Shown here piece by piece: positions 1 through 12,816 of a stretch of DNA of 64,000 nucleotides. A program made the position numbers and the translations under genes. The notes beneath the pieces were generated by a model. That model worked only from the letters and a program-made list of their open reading frames with translations. It was not told where the DNA came from and ran no database searches. Position 1 is the stretch's first letter. Every line of letters starts with the position of its first letter. This DNA is from Macrostomum hystrix (Eukaryota > Animalia > Platyhelminthes), in assembly GCA_950097015.1 (NCBI GenBank), contig CATNEN010000009.1, positions 992,001-1,056,000 of the forward strand, read 5' to 3'.

Positions 1-276
1 GCTCAAAGCGTCGACGCAGTCAAAGCCTTCGCCGACGGAGACTGTGGCAACGACGGCGGTGGTAAAAAATTCGAGCTCAGCTGGGTCCGCAGCACGCAAC
101 CAAACGGGCATTCCCGCCGTGGCTGCTGGTTCCATTTGACGCTGGTTTCAGAGAACTTCGGGTCCTGCGTAACTGTAAGAACGACCACGCAATCCCCCCT
201 GGGGAAGACCACGCGGTATTTCAAATACCGCAGCGGCACCCAGTGCCCACTTCAAGACAGCTCCCAAACCAAATAA
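1..276 (+). CDS. Possible 3' fragment of an unidentified gene running in from the left edge
   Basis: Frame 1 is open from base 1 to TAA at 274-276 (AQSVDAVKAFADGDCGNDGGGKKFELSW...DSSQTK) with GC3-rich codons. It has no start codon, so it is absent from the ORF track. No family recognised. Confidence 0.3.
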   Translation, partial: AQSVDAVKAFADGDCGNDGGGKKFELSWVRSTQPNGHSRRGCWFHLTLVSENFGSCVTVRTTTQSPLGKTTRYFKYRSGTQCPLQDSSQTK

Positions 277-2327
277 CAGATTTTCGTGAAAGTCCACCAT
301 ACGAATCACAATTTTCTCAACGAGACGAGAACCGTTGAATACCTCGACGATGCCGATGTATTCTGGTTATGGAAGCTGTCTCATTGTATACAGCGTTTCA
401 TGGCCATTTGTTGAATATCCACTGCTAAAGCTTGTACTTATTACCCGGCTCTGCCCAATGGTTTGCCACAATTCACATTTCCAGCAGAATTTCAATGACC
501 TTCATACACTACTGTTAGTAGCCTCCTTAACATTTGCAACAATTCAAGCGAGTTCAGTCTCGGCTTTGTCCAGCTGGCTAGCTAAACAAATTGTTGGCCT
601 CAGGCCCGGCTCTTTTAAGACTCAAAAGCAATGCAAGTCGGTTTCCGCCGGCTCTAGCTATTCAAGCTGTGCATGAACTCTTGTTATTCCAAGGCTATAT
701 TTACTCATTGATTGAATTCCTGTCGTTCAGCGCTAAATATCAAAATGGTCTGTTCTTATCTAGGAATTTCTGATCAGCTGATTGGCTCGCTCTTTCTCTA
801 TTAGCTCTTTCTATAAAGATTTATACTGCGACGCCTATTGTTATATTTAGAGTTCATTTCTTACAACCGCTTTTAACATTACCTGGCATCTCATTGTCCA
901 TTGTCTGTTCTGCCCCTGCCTACAATCCACCGCGTGATTGGTTTGCTTGCAATTCGATGCTAGTCAAAGATGCAATCCAAGTACGTAGCTGATCATTTTG
1001 TGTTTTGCATGCCTGATGTTAGTCAGTATTTGTTGTTCTGTCTAGGCGTCCATTCCAGCTGTTTTATTTTTGGCACCTGTCTTTGCGCGTTTGTCGCTTT
1101 TCTCTGCCGCACTTCCCCGGTTTGAGTTCCAGTGGCTAGTCGGAACTCATGATCACGGATAGCGGGAGTGTCACACAAGTGTTCCGAGAGCTGCTTTTTA
1201 GTCACATATTTTGTCAATTTTATCAATATCTTCAACTGTTTTGTGCAGTTCAGTTTTATTTTTTGTCGTTCAAAGCGCGCCTGCACAATGGGAACGAGCA
1301 ATAGACTTATTATACCTTGATTCTATTTTTTCCTCACTGTTTTGTGTTTCTTTTTAAACTTTTATTCGTTAATTTTCTTTTGCACACGTGTTCCGTGAGT
1401 CAGTACGAATAGTTACAGAGGTGTACAGGTTTTTCTACTCGAGCTTTGCCACCGACTTCTGTCTCTTTTATTTCACTAGGACTATTGTGTTTAGGTATTA
1501 GGTAGACAGTTGGTTCATTGTACTCAGTCTGTATTTCTTGGAATAGGCAAATGATTATAACAAAAGCCCGAAATGGCCAGCCATGTCATTCCCTGTTCCA
1601 TGTCCTGTGTTTTATCCCTCACAAGCGAATTTGCATTTTACTCGGCGTATTTGCTTAAACAGGCTAATCACCTCATGGGTACAGCTTCTAAGTTGCATTT
1701 TAGGTTCTCGAGGCTCACAATTGACCATTGCCTGAATACTGGCTCACCTGGTCATGCTCACCAGTCATCATGAGTGCTAAGCAGCTGTGCCCTGCATTAG
1801 TGAAATTAAATAGTTATTGATTTACTGTAGTGCTTCAGTGTTGCTAATGGTGATCTGAGTACCTGAGTTTGCCTGCTAAATAGCAAAATTGCAGCCGTTC
1901 TGAGACCCACTGCCACTCAATTATCACGTATAAGCTTCTGGCCTCCCTAACTCCTGCCAAAATCATCAGTAATTATAGACTTCATAATACTTGCCCTGGC
2001 AACCGCCTAGCCTCGAGTGGCCGCTTTCACGGGATTTTTCATCGCAGAATAAATCATAGCAGAGTGGGCCAGTGTGCTTTTCCATTTGCCTCTCGCCCAT
2101 ATTCTCTGGCTGACTGTCGACTCTGCGGCTGGCAGTCCGAGAGACTGGCCAGCGGGCACGCGGGCGTATTCGTTTCCTCTTTTGTTGATTCTGCCGACAT
2201 CCTCCCTCCCGCGCTTACTCTCTGCAGCACTGCTCTTGCATGCGCTGCCATGAGTACTCGCTAATTCCTTTCCCAGCCTTGCCTGTTTTTTATTTAGCCA
2301 CCTCTTGGCTTTGTAAAATCAAGGCGC

Positions 2328-2342
2328 GTTGCCATGGGCAAC
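2328..2342. promoter_or_regulatory. RFX X-box-like motif
   Basis: GTTGCC-ATG-GGCAAC fits the X-box consensus GTNRCC(N0-3)RGYAAC and lies in a GC-richer, promoter-like patch. Target gene unknown. Confidence 0.35.
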
Positions 2343-3152
2343 TGGGGCGCTCGCCACTCAGTGCTGGCGGCTGTTTGGCTGTCGGGCGAAACCGCCGGTC
2401 CTGGCCCAACATTTGGCTCGATGTTATTCCAACGAGTGCCTGAATCCATGGCCATTGATTGACTTGGAGGTTCGCTCTCTGCATTTGGAGCCGACTGTGT
2501 TTGTGTCCCATTGTGGAAAATTGACGGCTGAATTATTCACTTCATGCCTGGCCTATATTTGTCGCTCCCTGAGGTAGTTCCTTCGCCACTTTTCTGTTGC
2601 TGTTAGCCAGAATAAATTCGCTCACTGCTGCAGCGCATTTCCTAATCCGCAATCTGCTGCCTAGCAATCAAATGATTGATTGTTTAGCTCTGAGTGTTAA
2701 CATCCAAGCTACTTTTAGATTGTAAGTGGGGCAGATGCGACAGTTTAGTTGTCCGATAAAAATGAGTCCCATTTCGAAGAAAAATAGCTGGAAAATGCTC
2801 ATCAGCTGGTCTGAACGCAGTGGCTTGCTGTGCGCATAACGGCATTAGATAAAACAGGATAGACAGGCGTTATATATTTTGCAGACTTTTCGACATTACT
2901 TTATGCAATGTGTCTAAGCACAGATTGCAAGGAATACAATTATAGAAAGGTGCGAGACAAAAATATACTTGCATGCTGTGCAGCCTCGGTGCTCACAGTT
3001 CGGCTCTAACTGTGGAACTGTGCGATCGTCGGTCGCCTGTACTACAAAGGTTATTTCATCGGCAATAAGAGTGGACTGCAAAATGTTGGACGCCAGAAAT
3101 GAGACATTTCTTCTGTTTCTTCCTCACTCGCTGTGTTTCGCATCCAACGCGC

Positions 3153-5586
3153 TCAGTGGTGCGACCTGCCGCCTTGTCGCTCGAAGAACATGAAGTCCTG
3201 TTGCGATTGGCAGGGCAAACAATATAGCTGAGTCTGGGGTTTGAGAATATCCGCAAGTATTTGCACTACGAGATCAGTTCGTTGAGATCCTCTTAACTCA
3301 GAATTACACTGCAAACTGCGCTTAAGGATGCGCTTCACCAGTCAGGCCTGAGAATTCCAGTTGCTTACTTTTCCCTAGAGCTTTCTGTTTCCAGAAGATT
3401 TTCTGAACCATTAGATATAATTAGGCAGTTTATTAACATTGTGGTAGGTAAAGTGCATCCGGCACTCACAATCAAGAAGCAGGCAGCCACAATGACAGCT
3501 TTGATCTTCACATCCAAATCCACGGGGAAGGTGATGCCAAAGTTGTCAGCATCTGTGAAGTACTCCTGCAGCAGATTAGTCCACTGCTTCGACACGCGCC
3601 CGATCTCTTCCCCTGTGTCCTTCGCGAGCAGCTGTAGAACATTGTTAAGTTGGCAGGTTGAAATGAGTTTATACGAAAATGTGTGCTTTGTATGAATATT
3701 TTCTAATGGACGTCTTATATACTCCATTTAAACTACATTTGAAACTTTCAAGAATTGTTATAAGTGTTTAGCTCACCCTAAAGGGTATGTCATCTCCTGG
3801 GCAGTAACACTTCATGTACGTCGGTCCGTCGATAATTAGCACGGTGGTGTCGGAATCGTCCTTGATGTGGTACATGGCTTGGCATGCTCCGTACACCTGC
3901 ACCACTTTGCCCACCTTGTTGCCTGGCGGTGACTCCACTGACACCTCGTCAAAGCAGCACTTGCAGCAGGAGCACATCTGATGGTAGCACATGCACTTGT
4001 AGGGCCTGCTCACGTGGATCACCTCATTGCCTAGGCTGTCCTCAATGGCTAGCTCAAATGGACGCTGTGGTCCGCAGCACTGGCGCACGCAGGTGTCGGA
4101 CGCTGCAGATTAACGAGTCTTTGTTAGTCAATGTTAGTGCTCAATTACAAAGTTCCAACCTTCTTCTAGGCTTAGTACTATACTCGTATAGTGAATTATA
4201 GCGAATCTACCAAGGAGTAGTGATTGAATGATTTTTCAATCATTTAAATAAAAACTAATTTTCTAAAATTAATTCTAATGAGGAGTTTAGAGTTCAAAAT
4301 GTTCACCACTTCGCTTTCAGCTAGCCGGTGAGCGGTGAGACAGCAAAGCCAGCTAAAGGTGCATCTATAAGCCGAACAGCAGCCCCCACCCAGACTGTAA
4401 GAAAATGCGCGCCCGCGGCATGCTGAAGGAGTACCGGGTGGTCGGTCGCCGACTGCCGTCCGCGGCAGTGCCGCAGCCGCCGCTGTACGAGATGCGCATC
4501 TTTGCCACTGACTCCGTCACCGCCAAGTCCCGCTTCTGGTACTTTGTGCGCCATCTGAAGAAGCTCAAGAAGATGCACGGCGAGGTTCTCCAGTGCAAGA
4601 ATGTGCCGGCCAAGAAGGCGCTCAGAGTCAAGAACTACGGCGTCTGGCTGCGCTACAACTCGCGCAGCGGCACGCACAACATGTACAAGGAGTACCGCGA
4701 CATGACCCCGGCCGCCGCCATCACCCAGTGCTATCGGGAGATGGGCGCCAGGCACCGGGCCCGCGCCTCCTCCATCCACATACTGAAGATCAAGGAGATC
4801 GCTGCCAAGGACTGCAAGCGCACCAGTGTGACTCAGTTCCACGACAGTAAGCTGAAGTTCCCGCTGCCGCACCGCGTGCACCGCCGGCTGCACGCCCCGC
4901 GCTTCACCACCGTGCGGCCCAAGACCTCCTTCTGAGAGTCCAGTTTGCTCTGTTGACTGCTGTGACACCGCTAGGCATTCTCCTGTGACCGCCCTTGTTG
5001 AAATTGCTTCAATAATACACGAGAAATTAGCAGAATAGATCGAGCAACCAGAATGCCCGCCTCTTTTGCGCTGCTCTGATTTTGTCTTGTGGAATCAAAC
5101 ATTTTATGATTCAGGCTTTCTGTTTTTGTAAAATATTCGGCTGCTACTCACATTCTTTAGCAAAGTAGACTTTTTGTCCCATTGAGTTGTAGACAACGTA
5201 CTTGTTCTGCATCTCGAATCCGGACACCACTGAAATTTAAATGACTCGAGCTTGAATGGTGATGCCTGTACGAGTGTTTGAAGTCCGCCCAGTTCGAGAG
5301 ATTAAGAAAAGTAATCTTAAAACATTTTGTTAAAGCTATTGAAGCCTGACAGCTAAGTTAACTCACTCTCAAAGAACTCCTTCTTCTGCTTGATGAGCAC
5401 CTGGTCGAGGGTGCACAGGTACTCCAGCCCGTGCGGGCAGTTGCGGGTGTTCGCCTCGCCCGGCTTCTCCATCCAGGGCGCCTCATGCCTGCCGTGGTGC
5501 TGGTGATGCTGATGCGGCTGCATGGCGATGGCAGTCTGCTGGCCATTGGGATACGCCGGGGATGGCTGCACTTTGTTGCTCTCCAT
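3153..5586 (-). CDS. PLSCR: Phospholipid scramblase (PLSCR family), 5 coding exons
   Basis: Exons 5586-5367, 5229-5152, 4102-3777, 3631-3470 and 3197-3153 join in frame with GT-AG introns. The product contains [64 protein letters not shown] and CFLIDFMFFE, all typical PLSCR motifs, after a Pro/Gln-rich N-terminus. Confidence 0.92.
4405..4935 (+). CDS. RPL18A: 60S ribosomal protein L18a (eL20), intronless, nested antisense in scramblase intron 2
   Basis: The 176-aa [22 protein letters not shown]...KSRFWYF...[16 protein letters not shown]...RPKTSF is clearly L18a. It lies inside the intron 5151-4103 of the opposite-strand gene. Confidence 0.97.
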   Translation: MRARGMLKEYRVVGRRLPSAAVPQPPLYEMRIFATDSVTAKSRFWYFVRHLKKLKKMHGEVLQCKNVPAKKALRVKNYGVWLRYNSRSGTHNMYKEYRDMTPAAAITQCYREMGARHRARASSIHILKIKEIAAKDCKRTSVTQFHDSKLKFPLPHRVHRRLHAPRFTTVRPKTSF

Positions 5587-7062
5587 GGAGACCGCTGTGC
5601 CTGCGGGGTTGGCGTTGGCTGATGGTGTGGTATCCAGTTTCCTGACTGTCAGTTAATCCAGCTTGGTCAGCAGCGTCAAAGAAGCAAGTAAAGCGACAGT
5701 AAAGACGAATCGGCGACTGGGCCCCGAGTGTCTCAGGTGACAACAAAGGCAGAATAGCTAATTAGTGCATTAGCTGCCTGACTGATCAAAGGCAATCCTG
5801 AAGCGTTTTTCATTGTATCATTTAGGGGTATACCAATCAAGCTTCTTTGCATTGCAGCAGCTTTATAGTTAAAGTGGATATACTTATCTGGGCCTCCAGC
5901 AGTGTTAGTTTTGCTACGCAGTGGACTAGTTCGTATTGCTGGGTCGGTACTGTAGTGCCTAACACAACTGTTCAATATGAAAAACTGGCTGTGTGCAAGC
6001 TACAAAACAACATGCATCATGCTCAGGTGCCGACTTGCCTCTGTCAATCAGTGATGGCTGGCAGGAGCAGCTAAATTACAATGAGTGCCCTCTTTACAAA
6101 GATAATTTCTTAGCACTTCAAAGGGGAGCATGCTTTTATCGAGATTTGCACCTTGCTTTCGGGCGTTCAGTACGGGATTCGAATCTCCCATTTGCCTCGG
6201 AACAGCACTCACCATAATAGGCGGTATTTTCCATGCCTGCTGTTGTCTTGCACCCAGCTTCAAGTCTGCTACTCACGCAAATGTCGCTTCGGTCGGGGCT
6301 CCTCGCACACTTCTTTTAATGAGGCGAAAATTGGATGAAGTTTGTCTTTGCTCTGAAGCAACACTCAAGCTGTTAATAGTTGCGCGTGGCATTGTTATCG
6401 GAGCACTAGATTATAATTTTTAATGCTAAATTAGCTGCTGAACAAGTTTTATTGCTGCCGGCAAGCGTGTGGGAAGAAAAAGCTGCCTGCAAAGCGGGGG
6501 AAGAAAGCGTCTTCCACAGGTGGTTTGACAGCGGCTTTTAAAAATCCGTCACCCACTCCTCCACTCGCTCGGGCAGTAGGTGTTGTCCTGCGGTCTCCAT
6601 GCTCTTGCTTAAGCTGCGACTGAGTGTTATAAATATTTCACAGGCCCACTGCGTGGACTCAGCACTGTCTGGGCGGGCCTCTCCCGCTGATTAACTGCTC
6701 CGCTGAGTTGCCGATGGATAATCCGTCATTAATGTTGCAATGGAATCGTAGACTTCATTGGGAAGCCTACAGGTCCAGTCTCATTAAAACTTTGCTCACC
6801 TTTTAGCTTGCAGCCGCTGCCTCCCTGCCCCTGTAGTTGAGTAAATTGCCTGCGATAAGTTTCAGCTGAGTCGCATGCGGACACTGAGAGCTGTCAGCAG
6901 CTTTGCTTTGCCGGCTGCTCCACCTTCGCTTCACCTGAGCTGTTCAGAGTTTCCTGGCGGAGCTTATATTGGTGCAGGTTTGGTCTAGCCTGCCGGCGTG
7001 GCCACTGGCCCTGCGTGGCCCGGGGACGAGCCTCTGTAAGGCTTGGGTTACACATTTGCTTT

Positions 7063-7076
7063 GTTGCCATGGCAAC
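7063..7076. promoter_or_regulatory. Perfect palindromic RFX X-box
   Basis: GTTGCCATGGCAAC. It lies just upstream of a probable non-coding first exon of the scramblase (minus-strand donor AG|GTGAGC near 6800). Confidence 0.55.
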
Positions 7077-8485
7077 GTTTTACAGATCCGGGACTCAGAG
7101 AGAGACAGAGCGGGAGGTAGTGGCTAGAGAAATAGAGGCGCAGCACCAGCCACCCCCTCTCCAACTTGTGTTTACCTCTTCTACCTCCCCTCTTTTATTT
7201 CCTGAAAATGTGCTGCCCAAGGCTACTAAGAAAGTCTGAAGTCAGTGCGCGAGCTGAGAAAACAATCAGCTGGGGAGGCTGCTAATCCGATGATGAGCTC
7301 AGTTGTCTCAGTTGTCTATTTATTGACTTCGAGAGTTCGCTCTGTGTTTAATGCTGTTTTCTGTTCGTGTTGCACTCGAATTCTTGCTCAAAATTTAAGG
7401 CTGAGGTTGCACCGAGGCTCAGGTGGTCTCAACTGGGATCAACTAATTGCAGTGCCTTTCTCGTAAGGATATGTACTTTTAGTCCCGGCGAATATTTGTA
7501 ATTCTATTTGTGTTTGCCCTGGGTATTAGGCATGAAGTGCTCTAGATGGTACCTCCCCCACCAGCAGTTTGCTTTGTGGACTCTGCATCAGCAAGGACTG
7601 CAACCCACGGACAGGCAGCTCGCGTGTAGCTGGGAATGCTTGATACAGGCAATGCATCACTCAATAATTCTCGATTGTTATTTGCTGACATGAATGTTAA
7701 AAATATGTACATAAATAGACGTATTCTTTGCTTATTCTTTGCCATAGCCAGTCCTGGGTCATTGTTTGCAGTTGCCCTGAGGATTAGACTCACACAAAGT
7801 GCTTTCTCGTGGCCCTTTTCTGCATTATTTGTGCAAGATGTCCTTACAAAGAGCTGAAGCTACTTGTGAGTAGTGCATTCAGCAAATTGCTGATTATCTT
7901 CGGATTCTTATCTGCAAAGGCAATCCCGCTGTCCAGGAGGTGAAGGGATTCCTGACTGGTTGACTAGTGCTAGCGGAGGAGCTGATGACGAGAGGGCGTT
8001 CCGTATATACCCAAATTTTTCTTTTACTGTATCTCTATCCGATAAAACAACTCCCAGAATCACAAAACTCCGAGATATTCAACGATTCTCGTCGGGGGTG
8101 TCTGGTGACAAAAACACAAAAAGGCTAGAATTTTCTGCTTGCAAAATTTCATCATGTAATCATATCGACTACTATTTTTGAGTACTCATACATTGTATTG
8201 ATTCTATTGTTAATTATACACCTTTCAATCGATATGGATTTGCCGAAGAGTTTCACACAGCAATGTTTTCTGTCCTTGTCACCACGGTCTTCGACAAGAA
8301 TGGCTGAATATCTCGACGATGCTGGCTCGCGCGGCTTTGAAAGTTTGTTCATCGAAAATGATGAACATTTTTTAGTCAGGCGGCGGACTTTCACGAAAAT
8401 CGGTCATTGGGTTTGGGAGCTGTCGTGAAATAGGCTGTGGGTATTTGAAATTTTCCCAGGGGGAAATAGCGCGGTGTTTCTACCC

Positions 8486-9126
8486 CAGGGGTCGGCAAAC
8501 TTATTAGCTAGCGGGCCAAAAAGAGAACCTAAAAGACGACAGGGGCCGCGCAGACTGTAGAAATCTAAGAGAAATATATCAGAGATAGGGGAGAGATGAG
8601 AAACAGGAGAGATGAGAGAGAGAAGAGATGAGACAAAGGAGAGATAAGGTACGGGAGAGACGAGACAATGGCGAGATGAGACACTGGATAGATGAAACAC
8701 TGGATAGATGAGACACGGGAGAGATGAGACAAAGGAGAGATAAGGTACGGGAGAGACGAGACAATGGCGAGATGAGACACTGGATAGATGAGACACGGGA
8801 GAGACGAGAAAATGGAGAGATGAGACACGGGAGAGACGAGACATAGGAGAGATGACATACGGGAGAGATGGAGACACGGGAGAGATAAGACACAGGAGAG
8901 GTGAGACAAAGGAGAGACAAGGCACGGAACAGACGAGAAAATGGAGAGATAAGACACGGGAGAGACGAGACAATGGAGAGATAAGACACGGGAGAGGTGA
9001 CACAGGGGAGAGATGAGGCAGGGGAAAGATGAAACTGTATACAATAGGTGTCGGAAGGGGCAACGGGCCAGATTGGGAGCTTTGAGGGCCGCATCTGGCC
9101 CGCGGGCCGGAGTTTGCCGACCCCTG
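8486..9126. mobile_element. Non-autonomous hAT-superfamily DNA transposon (MITE) with internal GA-rich minisatellite
   Basis: Perfect 16-bp TIRs CAGGGGTCGGCAAACT (8486-8501) and AGTTTGCCGACCCCTG (9111-9126). Identical 8-bp TSD TTCTACCC at 8478-8485 and 9127-9134; an 8-bp TSD is characteristic of hAT elements. No transposase; the interior ~8560-9030 is degenerate GAGAGATGAGACAC-type repeat. Confidence 0.9.
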
Positions 9127-9418
9127 TTCTACCCCTAAGAAGCGGTCGTACAGGCAGACAGCCGTGCAAGTATCTGGTTTGGGTTTCTCATGTCGATGGT
9201 TTGGCATCGCCAGGAAGCAGCAGCATGACTGGAAAGCAGCGGCTCAATTGTCCAGTTGGCTGGTGACCCAAGGGGTTCACGAACATAGCCAGCCAGATGG
9301 CCGACATTTGCAGGCTTATCTTGACTTGCTTTGCACGCAATATATATTATTTTGGTACTTAATCGAAACTGTCTCATACCCATTCTGCTCGCCCTTTTCT
9401 GGACACAAAAAATACACA

Positions 9419-9731
9419 GCTAACCTGCTCAAGTTATACTGCTGTGCGTACGGATTCAAGATCCCAACTAACCTGCTCAAGTTGAGCTGTTGTGCCTACA
9501 GGCTCTAGATCCCAACTAACCTGCTCAAGTTATACTGCTGTGCGTACGGATTCAAGATCCCAACTAACCTGCTCAAGTTGAGCTGTTGTGCCTACAGACT
9601 CTAGATGCCAAATAACCTGCTCAAGTTGAGCTGTTGCGCCTACAGACTCTAGATCCCAACTAACCTGCTCAAGTTGAGCTGTTGTGCCTATACGGATTCT
9701 AAGATGCCAACTAACCTGCTCAAGTTGAGCT
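9419..9731. repeat. 48-bp minisatellite, ~6.5 copies
   Basis: Unit TAACCTGCTCAAGTTGAGCTGTTGTGCCTACAGACTCTAGATCCCAAC, with two interleaved variants. Confidence 0.95.
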
Positions 9732-10561
9732 CTGTTCCGCCTACTGCTGCTGTGGCATGGGCTGGCTGGAAGTGCCAATAGAAAAGAATTCAGTATGTAA
9801 AGCACATTGGCCTTCTACAGTATTTCTCACGGCCTACTTTAAGATTGTTCCATTCTCTCTTTGCCGACTGCAAGCACGGTGTTACCCACGTGAGCAGTTC
9901 TCAGCTGCTCCTCCCCATCTTCCAATTTGGCTTTTTGAGCAGGCTCTTGAATGTTAGAGCAGCCAGCCCTAAGAAAGGGTAAACACAAGTTTGCGGTGGT
10001 CGTAGCATTTTCCAGCCCAGCTGGCAGTTTTCTATCACCCTGTTTACATCCTTTCACGCTAACTTGGATCCGGAATTCTAGTTCGACCCTCTATCATAAT
10101 CTGGCGAATTACCTGTTCTAAATGTACTTTCCGTCTTCTCAGTACTCGTATAGTGCACTTTTAGAGTGTCAGGAAATACGGCGGGAGCAAAGTACTTGCA
10201 GACTCTAGAATCGTGACCAAGTGCGATTCCGGGCTAGACGGCTAGTTGAAAAAACGCAATCAATCGGATTCACGCTTTTAAGGTTTTAGGCTCGACAAAC
10301 ATCGGCCCTCCATCAAACCTTGCCCCTTAAAAAAGAACTGAATTTGCTTCAGTACGAAAGAATGGAGTTGAAAACGCACATTTTTTACTACCGCTACCGC
10401 TACCGCGTCCGACCGCTACTCGGAAGCCATTGTCATTCAGTTTCACAATTTCCCCAAGTAGCTTCATATGACTTAGCTGTCTTTTCATCTCGGTGTTGCT
10501 TTTTTCCTCAAGCTTTTCCCCATTGCTATGGTGACGCAATCCACACAATGAACAATAGCAG

Positions 10562-10829
10562 GCCAGAACTCAGCGTGTGAAGCGAGTGTACTGCCCAAGG
10601 TAAGCGCGGACCGAGACGCGAAAGTGCTTTTCAGTTTTTGGAATTTCCAACAAGTGAATGGAGCCGGCCATTGAGGGAGAGAATGCAAACTTCTGCTGGC
10701 TGCTGAGGATGCATTCGCCAGAACTCCAACTCGACCACCATCGATCTGCGCGACTTCTACGCCAATTGGGGAGCTAAGAGCCTCCTTTCTTCAGCATCCC
10801 TCAGCCTCGTGGCCTGGTTGCTGAACTGA
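10562..10829 (+). CDS. Possible last two exons of an unidentified GPI-anchored protein
   Basis: CAG|10562-10599|GTAAGC and CAG|10722-10829 join in frame to give QNSACEASVLPK-NSNSTTIDLRDFYANWGAKSLLSSASLSLVAWLLN*, which ends in a GPI-signal-like hydrophobic tail. Upstream exons not identified. Confidence 0.3.
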
Positions 10830-11081
10830 GCGCTCAGCCTTGAGTTGCTACACACGCGTGTTTCTCCCTCATCGACGCACTTGTCTCCGGCAAATATTTT
10901 CTACTCTGGGCTTTATCATTCTGGCCTATTGCAAGCCCAGGTGCAGGTGGGAAGGCTGCAGGGATCCGGCGATCCGCATCTCGTCTCTGATTGGCAGTGA
11001 GAGTCAGCGTAACATCTTAAGACCATCTTAAGACATCGCAGCACAGCGGGCTGCGTCTTGCGTGTCTCGGAAGCTGTGAAA

Positions 11082-12288
11082 ATGCGATATGAGCTGCTCA
11101 TTTTGAGCTGGACAGTGCTGCTGCTGCAGATTGCTGGTTGCAGCAGCAGCAACATGCAGTTTGTGACGGTGGCTCTGTGTCCCAACGCCTCCAGACTGCC
11201 TGGTCGAGTTGAGAAGTCGAGGCTGCTCTGCGGCGCCACTTGCGCCCGCAACCTGGACTGCGACCTGTTCCACTTCAACAGCGCAGCCAGGCTGTGCTAC
11301 CTGGGTAACTCCAGCTGTGGCCTGGCTCTGTGGGCAGGAGGGCCCTGTGTTTCCTACAAGCCAGGTGCGATTGCGACAGTCTTGCAAGTGAAGAAAAACG
11401 TGTAGACTCAAATTCCGAATTTTTATTTTGCGTAGCAGAATATTTAGTTAAGAGAATCTAATAATTGTTCAGTTAAAATGTAGGGATTTGAAACATCCTC
11501 TGAAACATTTTCAAATCCTCGATTTTAGTGCGTCGCCTAGCGGACCCCATCGCCAGCCAGCTGGACCTGAAGATGCTGTACAGATTTGCAACCCACGGCT
11601 TGGTGAACGCGGCCGATCCCTCCACTTATCTACTGAGGGGTGGTACCGCCACGATTAACTGCGAAGGCGCGAACTTTGTAAAGAACACGGACTCCTACCT
11701 GATGACAGACACCGCAGGCTTTGAGAGCGTAGTGAACAAGGGCTACAACTTTTCTGTTTTTGTTCGCGCCAAGCACGCTTTGAACACCCGGTGAGTGGTC
11801 GCACACGCTCGGAATTTACATAAAAATCACTTCTAAATCACCGTCTCCACCACCGTCTTCTCGACAGCGCCAACTACCTGACTTTTTATGAGTGCGGCGG
11901 CAGCTCTGTGGGCGGCGACTTGTACGTGTGGAGCGGTGTCATCTACTACGACATCTTCTGCCCTGCTGACGCCAAGTCTTACACCGCCACATCTGGCGCT
12001 GCCTTCGCCAGCAGCAGCCTGGTCTCCGTGATCTCCATCGGCGCCACGTACAGTACCGATCACTACTCGACCTTCTACTTCAACGGCAGCGTCGTACCGG
12101 CGCAGGCCAGCGCACCAAAGAATGCCAACAACTTGCAGAACTCTTTCTACCAGTGCATGCTCCTTGGCGGCTTCCCGGGCTTTTCTCAGTACTCAGTCGA
12201 TGGCAGCATCTCCTGCTTCGCCCTGAGCACTCGGGTGCTCACACAGGCTGAGTTCATCCAACTGGATCGCTGGTGCCAGCGAGTCTGA
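11082..12288 (+). CDS. Secreted PAN/Apple-like + LamG/pentraxin-like protein, copy 1 (3 exons)
   Basis: Exons 11082-11364, 11529-11790 and 11868-12288 (GT-AG, phases 1 and 2). Signal peptide, then the PAN-like Cys pattern CGATCARNLDCDLFHFNSAARLCYLG. The C-terminal part has FSVFVRAKH and LLGGFPG..SVDGSISCFALSTRVLTQAE, resembling LamG/concanavalin-like 'F.G.I.E..IWNRALS..E'. Confidence 0.85.
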
Positions 12289-12599
12289 CGGGACTCCTTG
12301 ATGCTCCGAGTCCAACGACCGATGGGACCCGCGGCTGTGAAGGCAGACTTCTAGAAATCAAATATTGCTACCATGAGACATTGCCGTATTGCGCGATAAA
12401 TACGATGCATGGAATGCACAGTTTTTGTTTTTTATTTCTGCGTTGGCTTTTAAGCAACAAGGCTTTGATAAAATATAGTGTGGTTCTGTCAGTTCATTAA
12501 GCCCACGCAGCTCCCCTGCTTGATCTGCACAGTCGGCCTGCACCAAACCTGGGACATTTGGCTCGATGTTAGCCTGAGCACTAGTACGAGTAGCAATTC

Positions 12600-12816
<217 letters not shown>

